A stretch of DNA of 46,371 bases from Octopus sinensis (GCF_006345805.1 NW_021834686.1:1-46371), one strand, 5' to 3'; positions 1-11,720 are shown, counted from the first letter of the stretch. The notes: generated by a model not told the origin, from the letters alone. Program-made: numbers and translations.

Positions 1-169
1 ACACGCAACTGTCCATGTTGTACTGTGAACATAGTGTTCACTAATTTCATTAGTGATATCAAAAGCCTTTCTCAATATGGCGTTATTCACGTATGTTAGT
101 GACAGAGATATCTGGACTGTTTTATAGCTCTACATATAACATTCACCTACAGACGGCGCTCTTAATTAT

Positions 170-1230
170 CGCACTTGATCTTGTTGTTGTAGTCGTTGAT
201 GGTGGTTGTGGTGATGGTGATGGTGAAGGTGGTGCTGATGGTGGAGGTGATGGCGGTGGTGGCGGTGGTGGTGGTTTTGGTGATGGTGGTGGTTGTGGTG
301 GTGATGTGGTGGTGGTGGTGGTGGTAGTGGTGGTGGTGGTGGTGGCGGCGGTGGCGGTGGTGGTGGTTTTGGTGATGGTGGTGGTTGTGGTGGTGATGGT
401 GGTGGTGGTGGTGGTGGTGGTGGTAGTGGTGGTGGTGGTGGTGGCGGCGGTGGCGGTGGTGGTGGTTTTGGTGATGGTGGTGGTTGTGGTGGTGATGGGT
501 GGTGTGGTGGTGGTGGTGGTGTGGTAGTGGTGGTGGTGGTGGTGGGGCGGCGGGGTGGTGGTGGTTTTGGTGAGGTGGTGGTGGTGGTGGTGATGTGTGT
601 TGGTGTTGTGTTGTTGGTTTTTGGTTGGTGGTGGTGGTGGTGGTTTTGGTGATGGTGATGGTGGTGGTGGTGGTGATGGTGGTGGTGGTGGTAGTGGTAA
701 TGGTGGTTTTGATGGCAGTGCTGATGGTTTTTGTAGTAGTTTTGGTTGTGGCAGTGGTTGCGGTGGTTGTTTATGGTGGTTTTGGTGATGGTGCTGGTGA
801 TAGAAATGGTAGTGGTAGTGGTGGCAGTACTGGTGGTAGCGGCGGCGGCTGTGGTTATACGTGATGGTGGTTGTGGTGATGGTGATGGTCAAGGTGGTGC
901 TGATGGTGGAGGTGATGGTGGTGGTGGTTGTGGTGGTCATGGTGGTGGTATTAGTGCTAGTGGTGGTTGTGGCTTTGGTGGTGGTGGTGGTGGTTGTGAC
1001 GGTTTTGGTGGTGGTGGTGTTGTTTGTGGCGGTGGTAGTTTTGATGATGGAGGTGGTGGTGCTGGTGATAGGGATGGTAGCAGTGGTAGTAATGGTGGTG
1101 GTAGTGGTAGTGGTGGTAGTACAGGTGGTAGCGGCGGCAGCTGTGGTTATAGTGCTGGTGATGTTTTGGGTGTTCTAGCTGTTGGTTGTGATAGTGTTGA
1201 TGATGTTTGTGGTGGTGGTAGTTGTCATGC
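170..1230. repeat. (GGT)n-derived low-complexity tract with internal block duplications
   Basis: Degenerate GGT/GAT/GCT triplets. Block ~190-262 recurs at ~862-935 and block ~790-860 recurs at ~1058-1152. Confidence 0.9.
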
Positions 1231-1261
1231 TTGTGTCGTTATCACTTATTGGGGTTGCTGC

Positions 1262-1838
1262 TGTATGTATGTATGTATGTATGTATGTATGTATGTATGT
1301 ATGTTGTATGTATGTGTATGTATGTATGTATGTATGTATGTGTGTATGTGTGTGTATGTATGTATGTAAGTATGTATGTATGTGTGTGTGTGTATGTATG
1401 TATGTATGTTTGTGTGTATGTGTGTGTATGTATGTATGTATGTAAGTATGTATGTATGTATGTGTGTATGTATATGTGGGTGTATGTATGTATGTATGTA
1501 AGTATGTATGTGTTGTATGCGTGTGTATGTATGTATGTTGTATGTAAGTTGTATGTTGTATGTATGTATGTCGTCTGTTGTGTATGTATGTAGTATGTAT
1601 GTAAGTATGTATGTATGATGTATGTATTGTATGTATGTGTGTGTATGTATGTATGTATGTATGTACGTATGTATGTATGTATGTGTGTATGTTTGTGTGT
1701 GTATGTATGTGTGTATGTATGTATGTATGTATGTATGTATGCATGTATGTATGTATGTATGTATGTATGTATGTATGTATGTGTGTGTGTATGTATGTAT
1801 GTATATATGTATGTATGTATGTATGTGTGTGTGTATGT
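1262..1838. repeat. (TATG)n/(TG)n microsatellite
   Basis: Direct reading. A further (TATG)n tract lies at 2025-2110 and another at 6165-6257. Confidence 0.95.
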
Positions 1839-1928
1839 ACTTCAAATTTATAGAAAAACGAAGACGAAGACAGGTGCAGGAAGAGCAAGCAAGTGTATAA
1901 GTTTGACGCTCGATAAAAATGGAAAGGT

Positions 1929-1963
1929 GTTTTACATTTCGAGCCTACGCTCTTCGACAGAAA
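1929..1963 (-). other. Degenerate minimal hammerhead-like motif
   Basis: Minus strand reads UUU-CUGUCGA-A-GAGC(GUAG)GCUC-GAAA-U-GUA-AAA. Stem II is perfect; core positions 6 and 15.2 deviate. Confidence 0.4.
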
Positions 1964-2116
1964 GAAATAAGAGGAAACCAATAGACAGAGAATAAAAAAA
2001 AACTGTTGATTTCAGTGGTCCAACGTATGTATGTATGTATGTATGTATGTATGTATGTATGTATGTATGTATGTATGTATGTATGTATGTATGTATGTAC
2101 GTATGTACGTACGGAT

Positions 2117-2232
2117 ATTCTTTTGTTCTTTTACTTGTTCCAGTCAGATGACTGCGGCCATGCTGTAGCACCGCCTTAAAGGGATTTTAGTCGAAGAAAT
2201 CGACCCCAGGACTTATTCTTTGTAAGCCTAGT
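2117..2232 (-). mobile_element. SINE family A, 3' fragment
   Basis: Matches the 3' module of full copies (cttttacttgtt-cagtca-tgactgcggccatgctg...gacttattctttgtaagcc). Confidence 0.8.
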
Positions 2233-2588
2233 GTTGATGTGTTTACATCCCCCGCAACTTTGCTTTTCGGCAAAGAGATACTGACAAGATAAGTACAAGG
2301 ATTCAAAAGAAAAAAAAAAAAAAGCAAACTATATTGGGCTCGATTCGTTCGTCAAAAATTCTTGAAGGCAGTGCTCCATTATGGCCGAAGTCAATACATT
2401 TAAAAAGAAAGAAGATATTGGTAACAACTTTTCTTTTATTCATGTTTCATTAAATACACGACCAAGATCAAGTTCTTTGGTTTTGTTTGGTTTCTTTAAT
2501 ATTTTTCTTTTCATAGTTGGTTTTGGAAAAAAAAGCAGAATTTCCTAAATCCATATCCGACGTTGCTAGTTCAAATATATTCAAATCA

Positions 2589-2626
2589 ATTCTTGAAGAT
2601 CAGACTGAAGGTCTAGAAACGTTGGA
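2589..2626 (+). other. Degenerate minimal hammerhead-like motif
   Basis: UUGAAGA-UC-AGAC(UGAAG)GUCU-A-GAAAC-GUU. C3 is replaced by U and stem I is weak. Confidence 0.3.
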
Positions 2627-3004
2627 GACAGATCCGGCAATGCTACTGTTATAAATCAACTGTAAAAAAGCTAATAAAAGAAGATTAAAAATATAAGATA
2701 AAACAATGATTTACTCCTATATTCAACGAAGCTTCTATGTGTGTGTGTATGTGTGTGTGTGTTTGTGTGTATGTATTTAATATTTCTGTTTATTTCTAAG
2801 GAATTTGACGGGTAAAGAGCCTGCAAGACCATGGAGTAAATGGATTCTCAATGCACGCTTGGACTGAAAGTATGTGCTTATTCGTAACAAAATTCCGTTT
2901 GTCTCACCCTTCTCTCTCTCTTTCTCTCTTCTTTCTGTCTCTCCCTCTATATGTATGTTCGCACGCACACACACACACAACACACACACACACATATACA
3001 CACA

Positions 3005-3229
3005 TCTTTTATCTCTTTTACTTGTTTCAGTCATTTGACTGCGGCCATGCCGGAGCACCACCTTTTTAGTCGAGCAAATTGACCCCAGGACTTATTCTTT
3101 GTAAGCCTAGTACATATTCTATCGGTCTGTTTTGCCGAACCGCTAAGTTAAGGGGACGTAAAACCACCAGCATCGGTAGCCAAGCGATGTTGGAGGGACA
3201 AACACAGACACACAAACATATACACATAC

Positions 3230-3268
<39 letters not shown>

Positions 3269-3432
3269 CGTCGGGCTTCTTTCAGTGTCCGTCTATCAAC
3301 TCCACTCACAAGGCTTTGGTCGGCCTGAGGCTATAGTAGAAGACACTTGCCCAACGTTCCACGCAGTGAGACTGAACCCGGAACCATGTGGTTGGTAAGC
3401 AAGCTACTTACCACACAGCCACTCCTGCGCCT
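3005..3432 (-). mobile_element. tRNA-derived SINE family A, full length
   Basis: Head AGGCGCAGGAGTGGCTGTGTGG (A-box-like) and GGTTCAGT (B-box-like), then TTGGGCAAGTGTCTT, an internal (TA)n(TG)n tract and an (AAAAGAGT)n-type tail. About 10 similar copies occur in the window. Confidence 0.9.
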
Positions 3433-4017
3433 ATCTTTAACTTTTTTCCGTCATTGGACTGTGGCAAGGCTTTCAGGAATTTTAAAACATTGCCAATGGT
3501 GTAAGTACAATTTGGCTGTTATTTCTTGAAGATCAGGATACATGTATAGCCTGTTATACTGAAGTTGGCTCTGGAGATGATGGTTGTGATGGCCCAGGTT
3601 AGTAGTCTTACGGCGTATAAGTATTCGCCCTTATAGCGAGGCTCCACTTGCAGGTCGATCTTGGCATTTATTTATTGTTTTTATTTTGCTTTTTTAATTA
3701 AGATAGGATCCTGTAACTGTGATCCATCATGCAACTGCATCAACATAGACCAGAATAAAATTCGATCCCAGAACGAAAAGAACCAGAGCAAGTATTGCAA
3801 AGCATCCGGTCCCTCTTTGGTCAAGCTGCGACACAGTACTGTTCTAGATGAGTGATTTTTTAATCACCCTACACCCAAGAAAAAAGGATGGAAAACCAAG
3901 TTCTCCGGGGCGGAACTTGAATTCAGTGCGCTGGGTGTCAGAACAATACCCGGAAGACAACCTATCCGACGTTCTGGATGGGATTGAACTGGATTGTTCA
4001 TGTTCAGTTCACTGCAG

Positions 4018-4074
4018 GATGAAGGCCTAGCATGTTCTCTTAATCAGAGAATTGCTCGGGATCATCTCGGCTTG
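4018..4074 (+). CDS. Candidate internal coding exon (DEGLACSLNQRIARDHLGL), unidentified
   Basis: Acceptor ttcagttcactgcag| and donor TTG|gtgagt; 57 nt, open, phase 0/0. No homology recognised. Confidence 0.25.
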
Positions 4075-4154
4075 GTGAGTCTACTCTGCCACATTGGCTC
4101 AACATGAATTAGCAGAGGGATGTAGTTTTTGTACTCACACCTTGAAGTAGTTAA

Positions 4155-4545
4155 GTCAGTCGATCCCAATGCTTAACTGGTATTTAATTTATCGACTCCG
4201 AAAAGGAAAGGTAATGTAGGCCTCGGCGAATTTGAACCCAGAACGTAAATATGAACGAAATACCGCTAAGAATTTCGCCCGGCGTGATAACAATTCTTAT
4301 TTCTTTATTGCCCACAAGGGGCTAAACATAGAGGGTTTGAGTTTTTAAATTCCTCTGTTGCCTTTTAGATGCCGGACATAATGCTTGGCGGTGTTTCCTC
4401 CGTCTTTACGTTCCGAGGGCAAATTCCACCGAGGTTGACTTTCATCATTATTTCGGAATCGATAAAATAAGTACCAGTTGCGCAATGGGGTCGATATAAT
4501 CGACTTACTCACCTTACCCCCAAATTACTGGCCTAGTGGAAGAAG
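4155..4545. mobile_element. SINE family B fragments (4155-4336 minus, 4371-4545 plus)
   Basis: Similar to the copies at 37711-39204 (ggggtcgatataatcgactta; gaatttgaac-cagaacgtaa; cccacaaggggctaaac). Confidence 0.75.
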
Positions 4546-4599
4546 CAAAAATACGAGTGCAGCGGGGTCGAGGCAGAAGGTACGTACTGTCTGTTTTAC

Positions 4600-5120
4600 A
4601 TTTCTGATTATCGAGAAATCTTTAATAAGGGTATTTTCTTCGTGTTGCTGTATGGGTATATTATTTGTGGGTGTTATTTTGACACGGAACGTGGTAAAAT
4701 ACTTGCTGTTGTTGATGGTGACGATAATGATAATTGTTTTATGTAATGTTTTATGGCTTCTGCTGGATACAAATATTTGCTAGTTTTCTGTTTTTCAAAG
4801 GTTGATTTATCTTTTCTCTATTTCTCTATTTATTTATTTATTATTTCTTTGTTTAGTTGTTTGATGCTGTTTTTATTTCGGTTATGTGGTTTCGGTGTAA
4901 TGTGCGAGAGGTTGTGTCCGGTTTTTATGAGACTGGTGATTTCTAGTCCGTAATTGGAGTTGTGTTTTAGCCTCCCTCTGTCACGTCCTTTCAGTGTGTC
5001 TATAATTATTTTATTTAATATATATCCTGCCGTGACTAATTTAGTGATTGCGTTGAAATTCTGGATTCTGTCTTATCTTTTGTTTTTTCCTTCCATCCAT
5101 CTGTTTTCTCCGCCCATTAT
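4600..5120 (-). pseudogene. Decayed A-rich ORF remnant, possibly a LINE ORF2 endonuclease-RT linker
   Basis: Minus frame reads ...EITSLIKTGHNLSHITPKPHNRNKNSIKQLNKEIINK*IEK*RKDK...KYLYPAEAIKHYIK. It loosely resembles Jockey/I-type linkers; no catalytic motif is visible. Confidence 0.2.
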
Positions 5121-5355
5121 TGCTGAGATTGTTGTGGTGATAGAGTCCTTATGCACCGCCTTCATAGGGCCCAATGAAAAGCAACCATTATTACACTTTC
5201 CAGCTGGATCCCCAAGAGTGACCAATTGACATCATACATATTACCCAAGACATATTTATTCTGGATCTACTTTTAGGGGTCTTGTCGGTAGGCTCGTCTT
5301 GGAGAATATGCTTCCAGATGCTTTTCTGCGATATTTTAATATTTTAATATATTTT

Positions 5356-5407
5356 AATGGCCCAGTTGTTAGGGCAGAGGACTCGCTGCCCTAACAACTG
5401 GGCCATT
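5356..5407. repeat. Perfect 22-bp inverted repeat with 8-nt loop, made from a SINE head
   Basis: aatggcccagttgttagggcag-aggactcg-ctgccctaacaactgggccatt. The arms match the SINE C head at 31410-31441. Confidence 0.95.
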
Positions 5408-5477
5408 GCCCCCTCCACCCTTTCAATATCTTGAATACCCACATCTGAATACATATGAGTCTGTATGTATGCATGTA

Positions 5478-5900
5478 TACTCTCTCTTTTACTCTTTTAC
5501 TTGTTTCAGTCATTTGACTGCGGCCATGCTGGAGCACCGCCTTTTAGTCGAGCAAATCGACCCCGGGACTTATTCTTTGTAAGCCCAGTACTTATTCTAT
5601 CGGTCTCTTTTGCCGAACCGCTAGGTGACGGGGACGTAAACACACCAGCATCGGTTGTCAAGCAATGCTAGGGGGACAAACACAGACACACAAACACATA
5701 CACACACACATATATATATATATATATACATATATACGACAGGCTTCTTTCAGTTTCCGTCTACCAAATCCACTCACAAGGCATTGGTCGGCCCGGGGCT
5801 ATAGCAGAAGACACTTGCCCAAGATGCCACGCAGTGGGACTGAACCCGGAACCATGTGGTTGGTTAGCAAGCTACTTACCACACAGCCACTCCTGCGCCT
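5478..5900 (-). mobile_element. SINE family A, full length
   Basis: Same head, body and tail as 3005-3432. Confidence 0.92.
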
Positions 5901-6672
5901 ATATGCTTCTCTTTCTCATTAAAATTTAGAGCAAATTTTTCTTGGTCACCTATTTGGTAGCGAGGTTGTGAAGAAAAACATTTTGTTTTAACCATCATCC
6001 TTTAAATTTTAAGAATCTGTTACAAATTTTTATAGTTCCAGATATCGTGATGGTATGTATGTCGGTATTTAGCTTTATTTGAAGATATAATGCCAATAGA
6101 GAAAGAGCCGGTTTCTAACCTAGATCTTAGGTATCTTCATTGGAATTTCAACAACATCAACAGGGTATGTATGTATGTCTGTATGTCTGTCTGTCTGTCT
6201 GTCTGTATGTATGTATGTATGTATGTATGTATGTATGTATGTATGTATGTATGTATGTTTTCTTCTGTCTGGTTTGATTATTTGAAATCTTCCTCTGAGT
6301 GCGTGGTCGGTTTGTAATAAACATACAAAGACCCGTCGTTAAAATGTAGCAAGTGAAAACAAATTCACTGTTCAAATTGAGAAAAGTCTTGCATATTTTT
6401 ACGGTTCCACTCACGGATTGTATTTGTAATGTTCGATTCAGCTGACTTAATTTCTTTGTCTGAAAACTCAAGCTAATCCAGATTGTCACTCAGGCATTTA
6501 CTCACAAAGCGAAATGCACCAATTGCTATAAATGATGTAAATATGTATGTATACATGTATGTATAAACGTATTTATCATTAATTAAAATCTTAGGGTATC
6601 AAGAATATTTATCGAAAAAAGTTCTTAGTTACCAGTGGTCTAGCGAGAAGGAAAACAATTAGTCAATAGACT

Positions 6673-6873
6673 AGGCGCAGGAGTGGCTGTGTGGTACTAG
6701 TAAGTAGCTTACTTATTAACCACATGGTTCCGGGTTCAGTCCCACTGCGTGGCACCTTGGGCAAGTGTCTTCTTTCTACTATAGTCTCGGGCCGACCAAA
6801 GCCTTGTGAGTGGATTTGGTAGACGGAAGCTGAAAGAAGCTCGTCGTATATACATATATATATATATATATGT

Positions 6874-6919
<46 letters not shown>

Positions 6920-7160
6920 CGTGTGTGTGTGTGTGTGTTGGTGTGTCTGTGTTTGTCCCCCCAACATCGCTTGACAACCAATGCTGGTGTGTTTACGTCC
7001 CCGTAACTTAGCGGTTCGGCAAAAGAGACCGATAGAATAAGTACCAGGCTTACAAAGAATAAGTCCTCGGGTTGATTTGCTCGACTAAAGGCGGTGCTCC
7101 AGCATGGCCGCAGTCAAATGACTGAAGCAAGTAAAAGAGTAAAAGAGTAAAGAAAAAGAG
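6673..7160 (+). mobile_element. SINE family A, full length
   Basis: aggcgcaggagtggctgtgtgg ... gtaaaagagtaaaagagt. Confidence 0.92.
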
Positions 7161-7190
7161 ACTATATATTATCCAGAGAAGAATACAGTG

Positions 7191-7408
7191 TACCTTCAAA
7201 CACAGAAGAGATATCTGACTTACTAGAAAGAGCAGTTAAACTCCAAGCCACTAATTGTTGTAATTCTGAAAGTGATTGAAAAATAGGTAAAAGTTTTTAT
7301 TTTTCAATCACTTTCAGAATTACAACAATTAGTGGCTTGGAGTTTAACTGCTCTTTCTAGTGAGTCTGATATCCTATTTTTTGGGTATCTCTTCGGTGTA
7401 TGAACGTA
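7191..7408. mobile_element. Fold-back (MITE-like) element with a 64-bp perfect stem
   Basis: 7222-7285 is the exact reverse complement of 7298-7361 (12-nt loop). Arms extend to 7210/7373 with 2 mismatches and imperfectly to 7191/7408. Confidence 0.9.
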
Positions 7409-7613
7409 TTTATGTATATAATGTATATGCGTGTATGTGTGTGTGTATGTGTGTGTACGCATGTAACCAGGCTGTATTAGTTGTAAAAGGGTCCGTCTTG
7501 TCATATTTGACTAAAATTTGGTATGACTGGAGTTCTGTGTGGGAGTTTGTGGTGATGGTAACGCCCGATATTTACATGTATGGCTACATTGATGGCTGTT
7601 TGTACACACACAC

Positions 7614-7614
<1 letters not shown>

Positions 7615-7646
<32 letters not shown>

Positions 7647-8097
7647 TGTATGTATGTATGTATGTATGTATGGATGGATGTATGTATGTATGTATGTATG
7701 TATGTATGTATGTATGTACGTATGTATGTATGTATGTATGTATGTATGTATGGATGTATGTATGGATGTATGTATGTATGTATGGATGGATGTATGTATG
7801 TATGTATGTATGTATGTATGGATGTATGTATGTATGTATGTATGTTTGTATGTATGCATGAATGTATGTATGTATGTATGTATGTATGTATGTATGTATG
7901 TATGTATGTATGTATGTATGGATGGATGTATGTATGTATGTATGTATGTATGTATGTATGTATGTATCCATGCATGTATCCATGTATGTATGTATGTATG
8001 TATGTATGTATGGATGTATGTATGTATGTATGTATGTATGGATGTATGGATGTATGTATGTATGTATGTATGGATGGATGGATGGATGGATGGATGA
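7615..8097. repeat. (TATG)n grading into (TGGA)n microsatellite
   Basis: Direct reading. Confidence 0.95.
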
Positions 8098-8250
8098 CCA
8101 CTGAAGGTGACCAGCGAGGGTGACCGGTGAGATGGAACTGATGAAAGCTAATAAAAACGTCAATACCAATGCCACGAGAAGTCGGTGAAGCTGGAGGAGG
8201 GCGGGCGCTGATGCTGTTGTATGGCTCGGAGGTGGAACAGCAGAAGGAGT

Positions 8251-8285
<35 letters not shown>

Positions 8286-8739
8286 TGTGTGTGTGTGTGT
8301 GTGTATGTGTGTGTGCGTGTGTGGATGTGTGCGTGTTTGGGTGCGCATGTGTGCACATGTGTGTGGTTTCGTAAATGCGGGTGGGGTGATTTCGAAATGT
8401 GTGATGTTCGATGGGTGATGAGTGGCGGCGGTTGGTTGGCTTGTTGGGTGGCGGTGTAATGTTGGGCGGCGGCGGTGGTGAGATATTGTGTGTGATGTGT
8501 GACGTGTGATGAGGGGGGGGTCGGGGGTAGATGACTGGTTGGTGGTGGTGGTGGTCGGTGTGACTATGGTGGTGATGGCGGCGATGGTGGTTGAGGTGGC
8601 AGGGCGACTGGAGTGGAGAGGCGAGTTCAGGGATTTGAGATGTGAAATGAATGTTTATTAGCAATAAAAGGGTGAAGAATTAAATAGTCCAATTGGGAGC
8701 AAAAGGATTTTCGGGAATAATGGTTTCCGCTCTTTCATT

Positions 8740-8803
8740 CCTTCTTTTGCTCTCTCCCTCATCCTCCCTGTTTCTCCCCCTCTCTTTATGTGTGTGTATA
8801 TAT

Positions 8804-8846
<43 letters not shown>

Positions 8847-8879
8847 TTACTCTTTCTCTCTGTGTATGGGTCTCTCCCT

Positions 8880-8910
<31 letters not shown>

Positions 8911-9240
8911 TTATAAGTCACCCCCTTTGTTTATCTTTTCTTCTCACTCTCTTTTTCTCTGTCTCTTTCTCCCTGTATATTTCTTTCTCTCTCACTCTCT
9001 CCCCCTCTCTCACTCTGAGTGAATCAATCTCTCTCTCCCTCTTCAACCTCTCTTTCCATTTATCTCTTCCCCTTCTATCGCTCTTAACATCCGTATGTCT
9101 GTCTCCATCTCTCTCTCTTACTTTCACTTTCACTTTCTCCCTCCCTCTACCTCTGTCTGTCTCTCTCGCTCTCTCTCTCTCTCTTTCAGTCTTTCTTCTC
9201 TCTGTCTCCTCCCTCTCTCTTTCTCCTTCCTACCTTAACT
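8740..9240. repeat. Polypyrimidine (CT-rich) tract with embedded (TA)n
   Basis: Direct reading. Confidence 0.85.
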
Positions 9241-9479
9241 AATTAGAGAGAGTAATTTCCTCATCTTAAACAATAGACCCAACGAACAAGAGAGACCAGA
9301 ACAAAGGACCGATGGCAAAATCAGAAAGACACACACATAGAGAACTAGAAAGGAGTGAGGCGTTTAAGAAAGAGAATATGGAGCGTGTAGAATGGGGTGG
9401 GCATGGAGGGAATAGGTGACACAAGCAATTGGCCACATTTAAACTGTAGAATGGACACTAGTGTTTGGAAAATGATAAT

Positions 9480-10080
9480 AATAATGATGATACTTTTGTT
9501 GTTGGACGTGGTGGCGAACATTTTAGTGCATATGGTAGTGGTGGTGGCGGTGGGGTGATGGTGGTGGTGATGATGATTGTAGTGGTGGTGATGATGGTGG
9601 TAATGGTAGTGGTGGTGGTGGTGATGATACGAGTGGTGGTGGTATTGGTGATTGTAGTGGTGGTGATGATGGTGGCAATGGTAGTGGTGGTGTTGGCAGC
9701 GCCGGCGAGATGATGTTAGCGTGGTAGTGGTGATGGTGGCGGAGGTGATGGTGATGGTGGTGGTTGTGGTGGTGGCGGAACGGTGATGATACGAGTGGTG
9801 GTGGTGGTGATGGTGATTGTGGTGGTGGTGATGATGGTGGTAATGCTAGTGGCGTTGGCAGCGCCGGCGAGGTGATGTTAGTGTGGTAGTGGTGATGGTG
9901 GCGGAGGTGATGGTGATAGTGGTGGTTGTGGTGGTGGCGGAACAGTGATGATAGTGGTGGTGGTGGTGGTGGTTGTGATGGTGACAGTGATTGTAATAGT
10001 GGTAGTGGTGTTATGGTAGTGACAGTGGTAATGACGGTGATGGTGTTAGTAGAAATAGTGGTGGTAATGGTAGTGAAGGG
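9480..10080. repeat. (GGT)n-derived tract with a 162-bp internal duplication
   Basis: gatacgagtgg occurs at 9626 and 9788; gttggcagcgccggcgag occurs twice. Confidence 0.9.
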
Positions 10081-10200
10081 AGAGCTTGTTTCAGTCATTA
10101 GTCTGCGGCCAAGCTGGGGCACCGCCTTGAAGAACCTTTAGTCGAACGAATCGATCCCAGTACTTTTTTAAAACTACTCTATCGATCTCTTTTGGCACAG

Positions 10201-10686
10201 GATTACATTCTCCCACAGGATCACTTTATCCCACAAGACTACATTATCTCACAGGGTCATATTATCCCACAGGATCACATTCTCCTACAGGATCAATTTA
10301 TCCCACAGCACTACATTATCCCACAGGCTCACATTATCCAACAGGATCACATTATCCTACAGCATCACTTTATCCCACAGCACTACATTATCACACATGG
10401 TCACATTATTCCACAGGATCACATTCTCTTACAGGATCACATTATCCCACAGCATCCCTTTATCCCACAGCACTACATTATCACCCAGGGTCACATTATC
10501 CAACAGGATCACATTCTCCTACAGGGTCAATATATCCCACAGCACTACATTATCCCACAGCACTACATTATCCCACAGGATCAGTTTATCCCACAGGACT
10601 ACATTATACCACAGGACTACATTATCCAACAGGATCACATTATCCCAGAAGACCATATTATCCCACAGGATTACATTATCCCATAC
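10201..10686 (+). repeat. 18-bp minisatellite, 27 units, with a 4-unit higher-order pattern
   Basis: Consensus gatcacattatcccacag, no indels. It reads as [DH][HY]IIPQ hexapeptides in ORF 10192-10707. Confidence 0.95.
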
Positions 10687-10904
10687 GACCTTTTCTTAAT
10701 AGTGTGAAATTTGAGAGAGATTTGACTACTGTTTCTAGCAACCACCTTACTGGATTCATTAGCGTGGCTTGGAATCGATGGTAATGCTGGAGGCGGTGTT
10801 TATAATAAGTGGGGTTTTTTAAACCCTGGTTTAATGAAGAGGGCCTATATTCAATGATGTGTTTGTGACTATCAGTTCTAATTTGTATATCAGTTTCAAA
10901 TTTT

Positions 10905-11100
10905 GGCCCAAGGCCTGTACTTTGGTGGAGGAGTAAGTCGATTACATCGACCACATTAGTTAATTGGTACTTATTTTATCGACCGCGATAGAAATGAAAG
11001 TCAAAGTCGAGTTTGGCGGAATTTGAACGCAGAGCGTAAAGACGGACGAAACGGTGGTAAGCATTTTGGTCGGAGTGCTTACAGTTCTGCCAGCTCGCCA
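10905..11100 (-). mobile_element. SINE family B, diverged copy
   Basis: gtcgattacatcgacc...ggcggaatttgaac...ttctgccagctcgcc. Confidence 0.75.
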
Positions 11101-11317
11101 TCTCAGTTCTGTCTTCTATACCAAAGATTACATCGCGTAATTTTTGCGCCATTCGTCTACATGCAGGCTTGCCTGTGGGGGTTAAGAAGGTAATTTTCCA
11201 ACTATTTGGAATCGGGTTCAGTCCCCTAGCTTATGCATTTATCTTCGACTTTAGCCCCAGGCTGGCCATTGCCTTATAAGAGAACCTGAGGAATATATAT
11301 ATAATATATATATATAT

Positions 11318-11720
11318 AGGCGCAGGAGTGGCTGTGTGGTAAGTAGCTTGCTAACCAACCACATGGTTCCGGGTTCAGTCCCACTGCGTGGCATCTTGGG
11401 CAAGTGTCTTCTGCTATAGCCCCGGGCCGACTAATGCCTTGTGAGTGGATTTGGTAGACGGAAACTGAAAGAAGCCTGTCGTATATATGTATATATATAT
11501 GTGTGTGTGTATATGTTTGTGTGTCTGTGTTTGTCCCCCTAGCATTGCTTGACAACCGATGCTGGTGTGTTTACGTCCCCGTCACTTAGCGGTTCGGCAA
11601 AAGAGACCGATAGAATAAGTACTGGGCTTACAAAGAATAAGTCCCGGGGTCGATTTGCTGGACTAAAGGCGGTGCTCCAGCATGACAGCAGTAAAATTAC
11701 TGAAACAAGTAAAAAGAGTA
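11318..11720 (+). mobile_element. SINE family A, full length
   Basis: Complete head-to-tail match to the other copies. Confidence 0.92.

Noticed and set aside
93-1995. Long Val/Gly/Thr-rich and YVCM/HTYI ORFs, including the Gly/Cys-rich ORF 746-1369 as a structural protein
   Set aside because: Stop-free frames are an automatic result of (GGT)n and (TATG)n. Several frames and both strands are open and no splice or homology support is visible. The same applies to the poly-I/N/Y/L and LSIY ORFs throughout the window.
3661-4107. Selenoprotein reading through two in-frame TGA codons
   Set aside because: No SECIS-like element or selenoprotein motif was recognised, and two stops in ~130 codons can arise by decay or chance.
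6673-6755. SINE heads as tRNA genes
   Set aside because: A/B-box-like motifs are present, but there is no complete cloverleaf and the heads run on into multi-copy SINE bodies.
8138-8163. CUGAUGA...AAAAC-GUC as a hammerhead
   Set aside because: G12 is absent and there is no stem I or stem II pairing.
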